This document shows positions 1-7,959 of a stretch of 64,000 nt of DNA, piece by piece. Source of the stretch: a bacterium (GTDB lineage: Bacteria; Cyanobacteriota; Sericytochromatia; S15B-MN24; UBA4093). Numbering within the stretch: position 1 is the first letter of the stretch; each line of letters starts with the position of its first letter. The position numbers were made by a program, and so were the translations under genes. The notes below the pieces were generated by a model. That model ran no database searches and was not told where the DNA came from. It was given only the letters and a program-made list of their open reading frames with translations. The DNA is taken from the NCBI GenBank assembly GCA_017744355.1, contig JAGIBK010000001.1, positions 771,694 to 835,693 on the forward strand, read 5' to 3'.

Positions 1-1
1 C

Positions 2-538
2 ATCTACACGCGCATCGGAGCGCTCGGCCGCAGCCTCAGGCTCAACTCGGCCGAGACGCTCGAGGACCTGGCCGTCATCGCCAAGGATTTCTTTGGTGCC
101 TCGCTGCCGCCGCTCGACGGCGAAAGTCCGGATGCCTACCGCAACCGAATCGGGCTCAGGCTCTTCCTCCCCGGTGGGACGCGCGATGCCCTCCGCGTCG
201 CTCTCACCCGGCTGCTCGGTCAGGCACCCGTCATCGTCGAGCCTTGGAATCCTGGCGACTGCGGAGCGTGGGACGGCCCGCTCGGGTGGGACGGTCCCGG
301 CCTTTGGGGCGACCTCGACCTCCCATGGCAGGGCTTCGTCCAGACCAAGCGCCCCTCTTCGTCCATCGCTGCCGATGGACCCGTGATCGGTGCGTGGGAC
401 GGTCTTGCCGGCTGGGATCAGTCGTTCCTCGGCTTCAACGACGCCTTGCGCTCCCAGATCACGCCCGACTCGGTCGTCTACGACGCCATCAACGCCGTGA
501 AGCCGGAGGGCGTCACCGTCTGGGTCCAGCTCAGCTGA
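2..538 (+). CDS. Phage baseplate/tail protein (gpJ/gpI-like), C-terminal part. It is 5'-truncated by the window edge.
   Basis: The frame-2 ORF is open from the window start to TGA at 536-538. It lies immediately upstream of a tail-fibre gene in P2-like order (baseplate, then fibre, then fibre assembly). The translation is W/G/D-rich and ends ...VTVWVQLS. Calling it a baseplate protein rests on gene context, not on a domain match. Confidence 0.4.
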   Translation: MYTRIGALGRSLRLNSAETLEDLAVIAKDFFGASLPPLDGESPDAYRNRIGLRLFLPGGTRDALRVALTRLLGQAPVIVEPWNPGDCGAWDGPLGWDGPGLWGDLDLPWQGFVQTKRPSSSIAADGPVIGAWDGLAGWDQSFLGFNDALRSQITPDSVVYDAINAVKPEGVTVWVQLS

Positions 539-550
539 CGAGGAGTCCTC

Positions 551-2107
551 ATGAACCGAAGAATCGTCTATACCGCCCAGATTCCCCTCTCGACCGACTT
601 CTTGCAAGCGCAGAAGGACGCCCTGCAGGCGATCGGTCAGTTGGCCCAAGACGTGCTGACCAGCAGTGGCTCGCCCGCTCTGCTGGTGGGTCTGGCATGC
701 ACGCCGACGAATCCGGCCAGCATGACGGTCGATCTCGGGCCCGGATCCGTCTACCAGCGAGGGGCGATGGATGGTACGGCCTTCGGCTCGCTCCTGGCTG
801 ACGCCACGTCCGTGATGCAGCAAGGATTCTCGACCACGAGCCGGAACCTCGGGGGCTTCGTGGCGCCGACCATCCAGGGCCAGACCATCGATTATCTGGT
901 CCAGGCCCAGTTCCAGCAGGTCGACGCTCGCCCCCTGGTGTTGCCGTACTACAACTCGGCGAATCCTCAGGTGCCACTCGTGGGGCCGGGGGGCAATGGC
1001 GCCTCCCAGTCGACCGACCGCACCGGCATCCTCGCCGTCCAGGTCGTGGCAGGTGCCGCCGCGGCCACGGGGACCCAGAACACGCCGCCCGTAACCTCCG
1101 GATGGCTCCCCGCCTACGTCGTCTCGGTCTCGTACGGCCAGACCAGCATCGGCGCGCCGAACATCACGGTCCACCCCCTGGCGCCATTCCTGGCCAGCTT
1201 GACGAGCCAGCATCACCTCGGTCTGCCAGGCTCCGCGCCCCAGATCGACCTGTCAAGCGAAGTACGGGGTAAGCTCCCCGGCTCGGCGATCGCCACCGAC
1301 GACAATGGGATCGCAACCGGAGTGAACGCCGAGAAGGTCGATGGATACACTGCGTCAGATCTGCTCTACAACGGATCGTTCGGCCAACCCCTGGCATCTG
1401 GGGGCGGCCTCACCCGTTCGGCCAACGGTTCACTACAGGCCGACTGGGACGATGGCACGCGTCAGACCAGCAAGATCCCGCGCGGGAATCACACCCATGC
1501 GAACGATGCCACCGGTGGTCTGAGCGGCGCCCCCTTCGCGAAGCTCGGCTCCGCATCCGGAGCGACGTCGGCCAACTCGACAGTGGTGCATGCCAATAGC
1601 GCGGACAGCGCCACCACCGCCGGCAGTGCCGGATCCGCGACGAGCGCCGGCAGCGCCACCTATGCACAGGCCCTCAAGCAATCCGGCCAGGGCATCCTCG
1701 GCATCGTTCAGAGCGGCGGCAAGGTCTATCTTTGGGGCAACACGGACTCCAACCAGAGCAGCGGGAACGCAGGGACGGTCCGGGTCTCCAACGCCGACTA
1801 CGCAGACAGTTCGGGCTCGACCGGCACCGCCGATGCCCTGGCCAATATGATGGATGGCGAAGGGGGAATCGGCCTCACCGAAACCAAGTTCAAGGCCTCG
1901 GGCTACTACTACAGCAACCTGAACTTCGTGGCCGTGAACGTGCCTTCGGGCCGGAGCTACGTCGGGGCGATCGCCTACCAGGACACCTACGACGGCGATC
2001 CCGGCGACACCGGGCACCGCCCGGGCATCTCCTTCGGGGGCAACAAGGTGACGACCGACTCGAACGGCAACTTCGGCGGACGGGTCGTGTACTTCTGGGG
2101 GGAATGA
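551..2107 (+). CDS. Phage tail-fibre protein (Gly/Ser/Thr/Ala-rich, 518 aa)
   Basis: ATG at 551 is preceded by a GAGGAG RBS. The protein has low complexity and G/S/T/A-rich segments (e.g. SADSATTAGSAGSATSAGSAT) typical of fibre shafts. It sits in a tail module next to a second fibre gene. Confidence 0.55.
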   Translation: MNRRIVYTAQIPLSTDFLQAQKDALQAIGQLAQDVLTSSGSPALLVGLACTPTNPASMTVDLGPGSVYQRGAMDGTAFGSLLADATSVMQQGFSTTSRNLGGFVAPTIQGQTIDYLVQAQFQQVDARPLVLPYYNSANPQVPLVGPGGNGASQSTDRTGILAVQVVAGAAAATGTQNTPPVTSGWLPAYVVSVSYGQTSIGAPNITVHPLAPFLASLTSQHHLGLPGSAPQIDLSSEVRGKLPGSAIATDDNGIATGVNAEKVDGYTASDLLYNGSFGQPLASGGGLTRSANGSLQADWDDGTRQTSKIPRGNHTHANDATGGLSGAPFAKLGSASGATSANSTVVHANSADSATTAGSAGSATSAGSATYAQALKQSGQGILGIVQSGGKVYLWGNTDSNQSSGNAGTVRVSNADYADSSGSTGTADALANMMDGEGGIGLTETKFKASGYYYSNLNFVAVNVPSGRSYVGAIAYQDTYDGDPGDTGHRPGISFGGNKVTTDSNGNFGGRVVYFWGE

Positions 2108-2109
2108 GA

Positions 2110-2616
2110 ATGATCCACTTCCACTGCTACCAGCAAGAGCCCGTCGCGTACGACGTGGGCTTCGACCCTGCGACCGGAGCGTTGAAGGTCTCGGGTGCCT
2201 TGATGGCCGAGATCGAGCTGACCACCGCCGACATCCGCACTCGCTACGGCGATGGCGACCTTCTGGTCTACGTCTGGTCGGACCCCTCAGGCAGCGTCTC
2301 CATCGGGGTCTTCCCGGGCGAAAAGAACACCGTGTCGGAGGCTCGGAAGGCCTTCCTGAAGGAGATGTGGACGACCCGGTGCCTGTTGCTCATGGCTGAC
2401 CTGCCGGTGGGCACGGGGACCTGGCTCGATCCGGGCATGCGCGTCGTCTCCATCTACTCCTACACGGATCCCAAGGCGAGCGGCCACACCATCGAGGTGT
2501 CGTCCAACGAGCCTGACGCCAAGCTCGATGCCTTCAGCAGGTACCTCCAGGACAACCCGCTGCGCATAGCCTGGGCGCTCGAGAAGGGAACGGTCATCAA
2601 TGCGAAGGCAGTATGA
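2110..2616 (+). CDS. Probable tail-fibre assembly/chaperone protein (169 aa)
   Basis: ATG at 2110 lies right after the fibre gene stop (2107). The size and position match P2 gpG-like fibre assembly proteins. The inference is positional only. Confidence 0.35.
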   Translation: MIHFHCYQQEPVAYDVGFDPATGALKVSGALMAEIELTTADIRTRYGDGDLLVYVWSDPSGSVSIGVFPGEKNTVSEARKAFLKEMWTTRCLLLMADLPVGTGTWLDPGMRVVSIYSYTDPKASGHTIEVSSNEPDAKLDAFSRYLQDNPLRIAWALEKGTVINAKAV

Positions 2617-2893
2617 CGCAGCCAAGGGCCTCACCTGGATCGATCCGACTATCACCCACTCTGACGTCCGCGCCGACACGCAGAAGCGATTCGAGCCCCT
2701 ACGGGACGAGCAGCTCAAGGCCCTCATGCTCCAGGTCGCCAAGATCTCCGAAGCCTCGGGCGTCGCTCTCGACCCCGTGTTCGCCTCCGCGCTCGAGGAA
2801 CGCATCCGCCTGATGGCCGATCACGCTCTCAGGAAGGCCAGCGCCGAACCGGACGGTGACGCGCCCGACGTCCATATCACCCATGTTGGCTGA
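2600..2893 (+). CDS. Hypothetical phage protein (97 aa)
   Basis: ORF with an ATG start that overlaps the preceding gene end (translational coupling). No recognisable domain. Confidence 0.35.
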   Translation: MRRQYDAAKGLTWIDPTITHSDVRADTQKRFEPLRDEQLKALMLQVAKISEASGVALDPVFASALEERIRLMADHALRKASAEPDGDAPDVHITHVG

Positions 2894-2895
2894 CC

Positions 2896-3291
2896 GTGGG
2901 GCCCCTGAATCCAGTCCTGGATCCCTGCCCCGATGACGACGGCGGGCCGGGAGGCCTCCAGCAGAGCAGCCTGGTCTACCTGACTACCCAAGATGCGGCG
3001 GCCGGCGTGATCGTTGGGCCGAGCGCCAATCAAGGCGGCTACCTTCGGCAGACCTGGACGCTCTGGCTCAATGGCGACGCCATCCCCGACGAAGTGAACG
3101 CCACCCTCTGGTCGAGCCCGGACGGTCATCTCTGGGCCCCCTGCGCCCAGTACCAGAAGCGCCTCCCCGGGCCCGGCGGTGACGTCTTCGACCTGCCCAT
3201 CGCCTCGTACTTCCACGTGACCGTCGACCGGACCTGGCCGGGGAGCCCGAATCGTCCCGCCGTGAACTCGGCGATTCAGAGCACGAGGTAA
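2896..3291 (+). CDS. Hypothetical phage protein (131 aa, GTG start)
   Basis: The GTG start lies 3 bp after the previous stop, so the genes are contiguous in the late operon. No recognisable domain. Confidence 0.35.
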   Translation: MGPLNPVLDPCPDDDGGPGGLQQSSLVYLTTQDAAAGVIVGPSANQGGYLRQTWTLWLNGDAIPDEVNATLWSSPDGHLWAPCAQYQKRLPGPGGDVFDLPIASYFHVTVDRTWPGSPNRPAVNSAIQSTR

Positions 3292-3294
3292 CCC

Positions 3295-3546
3295 ATGTTG
3301 ATCTCTCGCGACGGTAGTCAGACCGTCCAGCCGCCACGGCTCGACTTCCCCTTGTCCCCGCCCTCGACGTCGTTCGTCGTCGAGCACGGCTTCGGCCGCC
3401 GGCCGAACACCGTGACCGTTCTCGCCGACCGGGGCGGCGGACGCCTCAAGGTGGTCCATCCCACCATCCTCTTCGGCCCCGCCCCGGCCTTTGACGTCAC
3501 GATCGTGACCTCGGCGCCCTTCACCGGTCTGGCTCTCCTCACTTGA
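3295..3546 (+). CDS. Hypothetical phage protein (83 aa)
   Basis: ATG at 3295-3297, tightly packed in the operon. No domain. Confidence 0.3.
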   Translation: MLISRDGSQTVQPPRLDFPLSPPSTSFVVEHGFGRRPNTVTVLADRGGGRLKVVHPTILFGPAPAFDVTIVTSAPFTGLALLT

Positions 3547-3577
3547 CCCCCACCCCTCTCGCGAAAAGGAGTCTCGC

Positions 3578-5065
3578 ATGCCGCTTTCCGACGACCTCGA
3601 AATGTTGTCCCCCGTCCTGCTGCCCAACCACGACCCCACCAACCCCAACCACGCCACCCGCAAGAGCTGGGTGCAGGCCCAGGACGCCGCCACCCTCGCG
3701 TCCGCCCAGGCCTACACCGACGCAGAGACGTCGCGTGCCGAGGCGGCCGAGGCCTTACTGGCCCCGCTCGCGAATCCGACCTTCACGGGCACTCCCCAGG
3801 CCCCCACGCCGACGTCCGGGAACAACTCCGCTCAGCTGGCCACCACGGCCTTCGTGCAGGCGACGGTGGGCTCGGCGATCGCCGGTATCGACTGGAAGCG
3901 TCCGGTCTTCGCGGCCATCGCGACGGATCCCGCGAACCTGGCGGCCGTATCGCTGCCCCTCGGTGGGGCCGACGGCGCCGACCAGGTCGGTCAGCGAGTC
4001 GGCATCTTCTCGTCAAGCGTGAAGGCCGGCCTCTACACGATCGCATCCATCTCGGGCGGTGGAGGTGGCAGTGTCGCGCTCGCCGCAGGTGGCACCGTTT
4101 ACCATGCGGAACCCATTCCCGACCTCAAGGCGCCCGCGTTCACGGCCGTCGCTCCGGGATCGCCCGCGCCCGCCGCCGGCTCCTACACCCTCGACATGCA
4201 CCTCTCCTACGATGGCAACGGGACGTTCACCTATGACCTGTTCGTGTCGGGAGGACCGAACAGCTGGAGCAAGACCGCGGCTGGCAGCGGCACCTTCGGC
4301 GGCTTGGCCGTAGGGATCACGACGGTCACGGCCACGTTCCCCGATGCCTCCCAGGTCGTGCTGACGCTCGGTGACGGGTGGAACGGCACCGGCTCGACGA
4401 CCGTCGGGACCGATATCGACACGGGGTCCGGCTCGGCCTCGGCCCAGATCTCGGTCGACTCAGGTGCCCAGACCGCGTCCCTCGTGCGCGCGAGCGACAT
4501 GGACGAGGCCGCCGAATTCGACACCATGGTCATGGTCCCGGTCCAGTACGGCACGCTGGGTGGCCGGTGGTACTACCTGTCGGCCACGAGCGACACGCCC
4601 TTCGTCGTGGGCACGAGCATCGCGACCTGGACCCAGTTCATCACGGGTGCCGAACTCAGCGCCAGCATGGGCGTGCAGCTCGTCGGCAACGACATTCGAG
4701 CCGATCTGCTGTCGACCGGTGGGTTGGGTCTCGACGGCGACAGCCTGAAGATCCGTCTCCCGGCCGACTCGGGCCTCGCCACCGATGCCACCGGCCTTTT
4801 CGTGCCGCCGATGGGGATCAAGCCCGAGATGAAGGCGACGATGACCGCCAAGATCGGGGACGGGGTGAACACGACCTACGTCATCAACCACAACCTGGGG
4901 GTCGAGAACGTCGTGGCCGTGCTCAAGCGGCGCAGCGACAACAAGGTGATGGGGATCTTCCCCTACCTCACCGACGCCGACAACCTGACCCTCGTGTTCT
5001 CGGACCCGCCCACCCAGGATCAGTACGAGATCTTCATCGAGCCGGTGTCGGCCCGCATCGCCTGA
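3578..5065 (+). CDS. Phage tail-fibre protein with conserved N-terminal fibre motif (495 aa)
   Basis: The N-terminus contains the widely conserved tail-fibre/collar motif (LANPTFTGTPQAPTPTSGNNSAQLATTAFVQA) shared by P2 gpH-like fibres. The remainder is G/T/S-rich. Confidence 0.7.
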   Translation: MPLSDDLEMLSPVLLPNHDPTNPNHATRKSWVQAQDAATLASAQAYTDAETSRAEAAEALLAPLANPTFTGTPQAPTPTSGNNSAQLATTAFVQATVGSAIAGIDWKRPVFAAIATDPANLAAVSLPLGGADGADQVGQRVGIFSSSVKAGLYTIASISGGGGGSVALAAGGTVYHAEPIPDLKAPAFTAVAPGSPAPAAGSYTLDMHLSYDGNGTFTYDLFVSGGPNSWSKTAAGSGTFGGLAVGITTVTATFPDASQVVLTLGDGWNGTGSTTVGTDIDTGSGSASAQISVDSGAQTASLVRASDMDEAAEFDTMVMVPVQYGTLGGRWYYLSATSDTPFVVGTSIATWTQFITGAELSASMGVQLVGNDIRADLLSTGGLGLDGDSLKIRLPADSGLATDATGLFVPPMGIKPEMKATMTAKIGDGVNTTYVINHNLGVENVVAVLKRRSDNKVMGIFPYLTDADNLTLVFSDPPTQDQYEIFIEPVSARIA

Positions 5066-5129
5066 TCCGCGAACCGATCGAGAGGGAGCTCCACCGAGGT
5101 GGGGCTCCCTCCCCTCATGAGGAGCCGCC

Positions 5130-5528
5130 ATGAACCACGTCAAACCCACCTCGCCCAAGGCGAGCAGGCGCCGACCCGCGCTCGAACCCAACGTCATCGT
5201 CGATCCCGAGGCAGGAGTGCCCACCGGTCCTGCCGCCGTCGTCTCGGCCGGCCCTCTGGCGCCCACGAAGACCGTCGATGCAACGGGCGTCCGGACGGCG
5301 TCGACCGGCATCGAGCATCGCCTGCGCCAAAAGCACGCCGAGGTCCTCATCCTCAAAGGGGATGCGTATGGGCTGGCTATCCAGCTCGAGAGCCTCGAGA
5401 GCGAGTACGAGCTCAAGCGCAGCGAGCTGCGGCGAGCTTGGGAAGCCGCACAGCGAAAGATTCGCACGCTCGGCGCGGCAATCGAGGCCGAGGAGACCGC
5501 GCTCGCGCTGCTGAGCGGGTGCCAGTGA
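5130..5528 (+). CDS. Hypothetical coiled-coil protein (132 aa)
   Basis: ORF between the fibre gene and the lysis genes. The C-terminal half is predicted helical/coiled-coil (LESLESEYELKRSELRRAWEAAQRKIRTLGAAIEAEE). Confidence 0.3.
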   Translation: MNHVKPTSPKASRRRPALEPNVIVDPEAGVPTGPAAVVSAGPLAPTKTVDATGVRTASTGIEHRLRQKHAEVLILKGDAYGLAIQLESLESEYELKRSELRRAWEAAQRKIRTLGAAIEAEETALALLSGCQ

Positions 5529-5539
5529 GGGGTGATGGA

Positions 5540-6022
5540 ATGAGGATGACCTTCGGATGTCGCTGGGGCCTGGTCCTGGTGTCCATGCTGCTTGGCGGCT
5601 CGACCTTTCTGGACCCGCTGGATGCCCCCCTGTACCAGGTTCGAGGAACGACCATCGTCGATGGTCAGCGCAATGGGGCCTTCTCGGCGATCGCCGGCAC
5701 CACGGGGGCGTTTTCCAGCGCAGTTTCCATGGCGAACCTGACCATCGTCGGAGTCGCCGTGACGAAGACGGGGAACTTCCCGGCCGCGGCCGGCCAGGTC
5801 TTCGCCACGGGCACGACCACCCTCTGGCTTCCCCCGGCAGCTCAGACCCCCACCGGTCGCTTGCTATTCGTCTGGAACGTGGGATCCAACACGGTGACGC
5901 TGGCCGCCACGGGATCCGACACCGTGACGGTGTTCGGAGCGAACAACGCCCAGGCCGGTCCGAGGCATTCGATGCTGGCCATTTGCCATTCCTTGTCGAG
6001 CTGGATCGTCCAGGTGAACTGA
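5540..6022 (+). CDS. Secreted hypothetical protein (160 aa, signal peptide)
   Basis: An in-frame ATG at 5540 gives MRMTFGCRWGLVLVSMLLGGSTF, which is signal-peptide-like. The T/G/A-rich body suggests a beta-rich secreted or phage structural protein. The track ORF 5099..6022 has a long unsupported 5' extension. Confidence 0.4.
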   Translation: MRMTFGCRWGLVLVSMLLGGSTFLDPLDAPLYQVRGTTIVDGQRNGAFSAIAGTTGAFSSAVSMANLTIVGVAVTKTGNFPAAAGQVFATGTTTLWLPPAAQTPTGRLLFVWNVGSNTVTLAATGSDTVTVFGANNAQAGPRHSMLAICHSLSSWIVQVN

Positions 6023-6045
6023 CCTTCGGAGAAAGGAGACGATTC

Positions 6046-6456
6046 ATGCCGGAAGAACAGGGCCCTCAGGCCTGGTTCCACCGCATCGAGGGAATGGTGG
6101 AGGACCTGCACCGCGCCATCCTCGGAGACGTGAGGACGGGCGCCCCCGGGTTGCTCGAGGGCCATCGGGACCACGAGCGCCGCCTCACACACCTCGAGCA
6201 CGCGCAGCGCGAGGGCATGGGGCGGACGGAAGCCGTGGAGCGGCGCGTCTCCGTTCTCGAGCAGGCCCCTGCGAGAGCAGCCGAAGCCGAGGTTGCCGAG
6301 CGCCAGGAAGCGAAGCGCCTCGTTCGCCGGGAGTGGACCGGGGGGATCGTCCGCGCGATCGCGTCAGCCATCGTCGGGGGGCTCATCGGCGCTGCGTTGA
6401 TGGTCTGGAGCGTCATGCGCCACGTCGGCGGAAGTCTATTCCGCAACGGCCCATGA
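6046..6456 (+). CDS. XhlA-like lysis-associated membrane protein (136 aa)
   Basis: ATG at 6046 with a GAAAGGAGA RBS. There is an N-terminal coiled coil and a single C-terminal TM (GGIVRAIASAIVGGLIGAALMVWSV). The gene lies immediately upstream of the endolysin and holin, as XhlA does in PBSX-type lysis cassettes. Confidence 0.45.
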   Translation: MPEEQGPQAWFHRIEGMVEDLHRAILGDVRTGAPGLLEGHRDHERRLTHLEHAQREGMGRTEAVERRVSVLEQAPARAAEAEVAERQEAKRLVRREWTGGIVRAIASAIVGGLIGAALMVWSVMRHVGGSLFRNGP

Positions 6457-6574
6457 GCCGGGCGGAGACGGCCGAGCTGTGGCTTGGCATCGGGATCATC
6501 CTCCAGGGACTTTGGGGCTGTGCCGTCGGGCTGGCCCTTTTGCATTGCTGGGACTTGCACGGAAAGGAGCGCCC

Positions 6575-7090
6575 ATGCCGAACCGATTCTACACCGCCGC
6601 CGATTGCGGGCCGGGCGGAGATCTCACCAAGTGCCACCTGCTGCTCAGCGAGGTGCGGTGCCACGACGACGCGGGTGACCCGTGCGCCGACTGTGGCGGC
6701 GAGGTCAAGCTGCTGGTCGAGACCGCCTGGGGCTTCAAGGCCATCCGAGAGGCCCTTGGCCAGCCCATCAAGGTGACGTCGGGCTATCGCTGCCGCAAGC
6801 ACCAGGAACGGCTCTTCGAGGCTGCGGTCGCGAAGTACGGTTCCAGGTCCGAGGCCGCCAAGCGCGTCGCACCGCCCGGAGCTAGCCCCCATGAGTATGC
6901 CGCGGCCCTGGATTGCCACCAGAATGCCATGACCCCACGGGCCTTCCGGGACTTCGTAGCCAAGCTGTTGAGTGGCGATTGCCGACTCGGCCTGTACGAG
7001 AGCTTCGTCCACTTCGACCGGGCCCACTACCTGAACCCCAACCCCGACCCCGCTCACTTCCGCCGCGGGGCCAGGTGGGGCCGCGCCTGA
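6575..7090 (+). CDS. Endolysin, peptidase M15 family (L-alanyl-D-glutamate peptidase / VanY-like)
   Basis: ATG at 6575 with a GGAAAGGAG RBS. Zn-peptidase M15 signatures are present: SGYRC..H and H-x-x-G-x-A-x-D (GASPHEYAAALD). Position in the phage lysis cassette fits. Confidence 0.75.
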   Translation: MPNRFYTAADCGPGGDLTKCHLLLSEVRCHDDAGDPCADCGGEVKLLVETAWGFKAIREALGQPIKVTSGYRCRKHQERLFEAAVAKYGSRSEAAKRVAPPGASPHEYAAALDCHQNAMTPRAFRDFVAKLLSGDCRLGLYESFVHFDRAHYLNPNPDPAHFRRGARWGRA

Positions 7091-7103
7091 CAAGAGGTCC
7101 TCG

Positions 7104-7469
7104 ATGAATCATGAATACGCCTGGTGGGCGGCCTTGACGGCCGCCCTTTGCTCTCCCTCGCTCCCCATGCTCCTTTGGAAAGGATGGTCCACTTTGAACG
7201 CGATCTTCCCCTCGATCCTGAAGATCCTGTCTCTGGTCGGTTCCCTGATCGTCATCGCCGAGGATGCACTCGGCCCTGGCACCGGCGAGCAGAAGAAGGC
7301 GAAGGTCATCGCCGATGTGCAAGCCCGCTTGCCGGGGCTTGCTGGTCAGCTCGGTATCCCCGAGTGGGCGATCGCCGTGTTCACCAATTCGGGTGTTCTC
7401 GGGGTCCTGGTCGACTCTCTGGTGGCGGTCGCCCAGGCTGCCTTGCCACAGCGAGATCTGGTAAAATGA
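7104..7469 (+). CDS. Holin-like small membrane protein (121 aa, 3 predicted TM)
   Basis: Three hydrophobic helices and a charged C-terminus. The gene lies immediately downstream of the endolysin. Confidence 0.5.
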   Translation: MNHEYAWWAALTAALCSPSLPMLLWKGWSTLNAIFPSILKILSLVGSLIVIAEDALGPGTGEQKKAKVIADVQARLPGLAGQLGIPEWAIAVFTNSGVLGVLVDSLVAVAQAALPQRDLVK

Positions 7470-7502
7470 GGTGGCTCGTTATGACGTCGTGCTGGAGCCT
7501 GC

Positions 7503-7943
7503 ATGTCTACAAAGGAACAAGAGAACGCAGCTTGGATCATCGTCGCCGACCGCACCAACATGGAGCGGTGCGCCAAGCACGGCGTGTTCGGACTGAACGC
7601 CAAAGGGGTCCTGCTTCAGATGCGACCGGGCGACGCGCTTGTGGGATACATTCGCGGCGAAAAGGTCTTTGGAGCGCTCGGAGAGGTTACCAAGCCCTAT
7701 TTCCTTGACGACGAGCCGTTGTTCGAGGGCGGCCTCTATCCCGATCGAGTCGGCATTGAGCTCAAGGTCTTCCCAAGTGGCCAAGGGCTCGATGTCTGGT
7801 CGCTGATCGACGATCTGGCGTTCGCCTCGAACAAGGTCAACTGGTGGGCATCCTTTGCCGGAGGAATTCGCAGGATTCCGATGGCGGACTTTGAGAAGAT
7901 CAAGGCTGCCTTTTCGTCGGCCTCAAAGCTAATTCCGAGCTAG
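7503..7943 (+). CDS. Stand-alone EVE/PUA-like domain protein (146 aa)
   Basis: The sequence pattern matches EVE (PUA-like) domains: WIIV...GVFGL...MRPGDALVGYIRGEKVFGALGEVTKPYF...VGIELKVF...IPMADFEKI. The gene has distinctly lower GC than its flanks. Confidence 0.5.
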   Translation: MSTKEQENAAWIIVADRTNMERCAKHGVFGLNAKGVLLQMRPGDALVGYIRGEKVFGALGEVTKPYFLDDEPLFEGGLYPDRVGIELKVFPSGQGLDVWSLIDDLAFASNKVNWWASFAGGIRRIPMADFEKIKAAFSSASKLIPS

Positions 7944-7959
7944 CAGTCCCGCGAAGCTA

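Noticed and set aside
3543-4022. Pro/Arg-rich ORF 3543..4022 (PTTTPPTPTTPP...) as a possible extensin-like gene
   Set aside because: It is an alternative frame of the tail-fibre gene 3578..5065, which carries the conserved fibre motif. The P/R richness is a GC-frame artefact.
549-6047. Numerous long antisense or overlapping ORFs in the track (e.g. 1433..2017-, 2821..3693-, 4460..5467-, 5115..6047-, 5557..6456+ upstream part)
   Set aside because: In DNA of about 68% GC, stop codons are rare and random frames stay open. These translations are R/P/G/A-rich low-complexity strings without motifs. They overlap genes that have clear homology, RBSs and operon logic.
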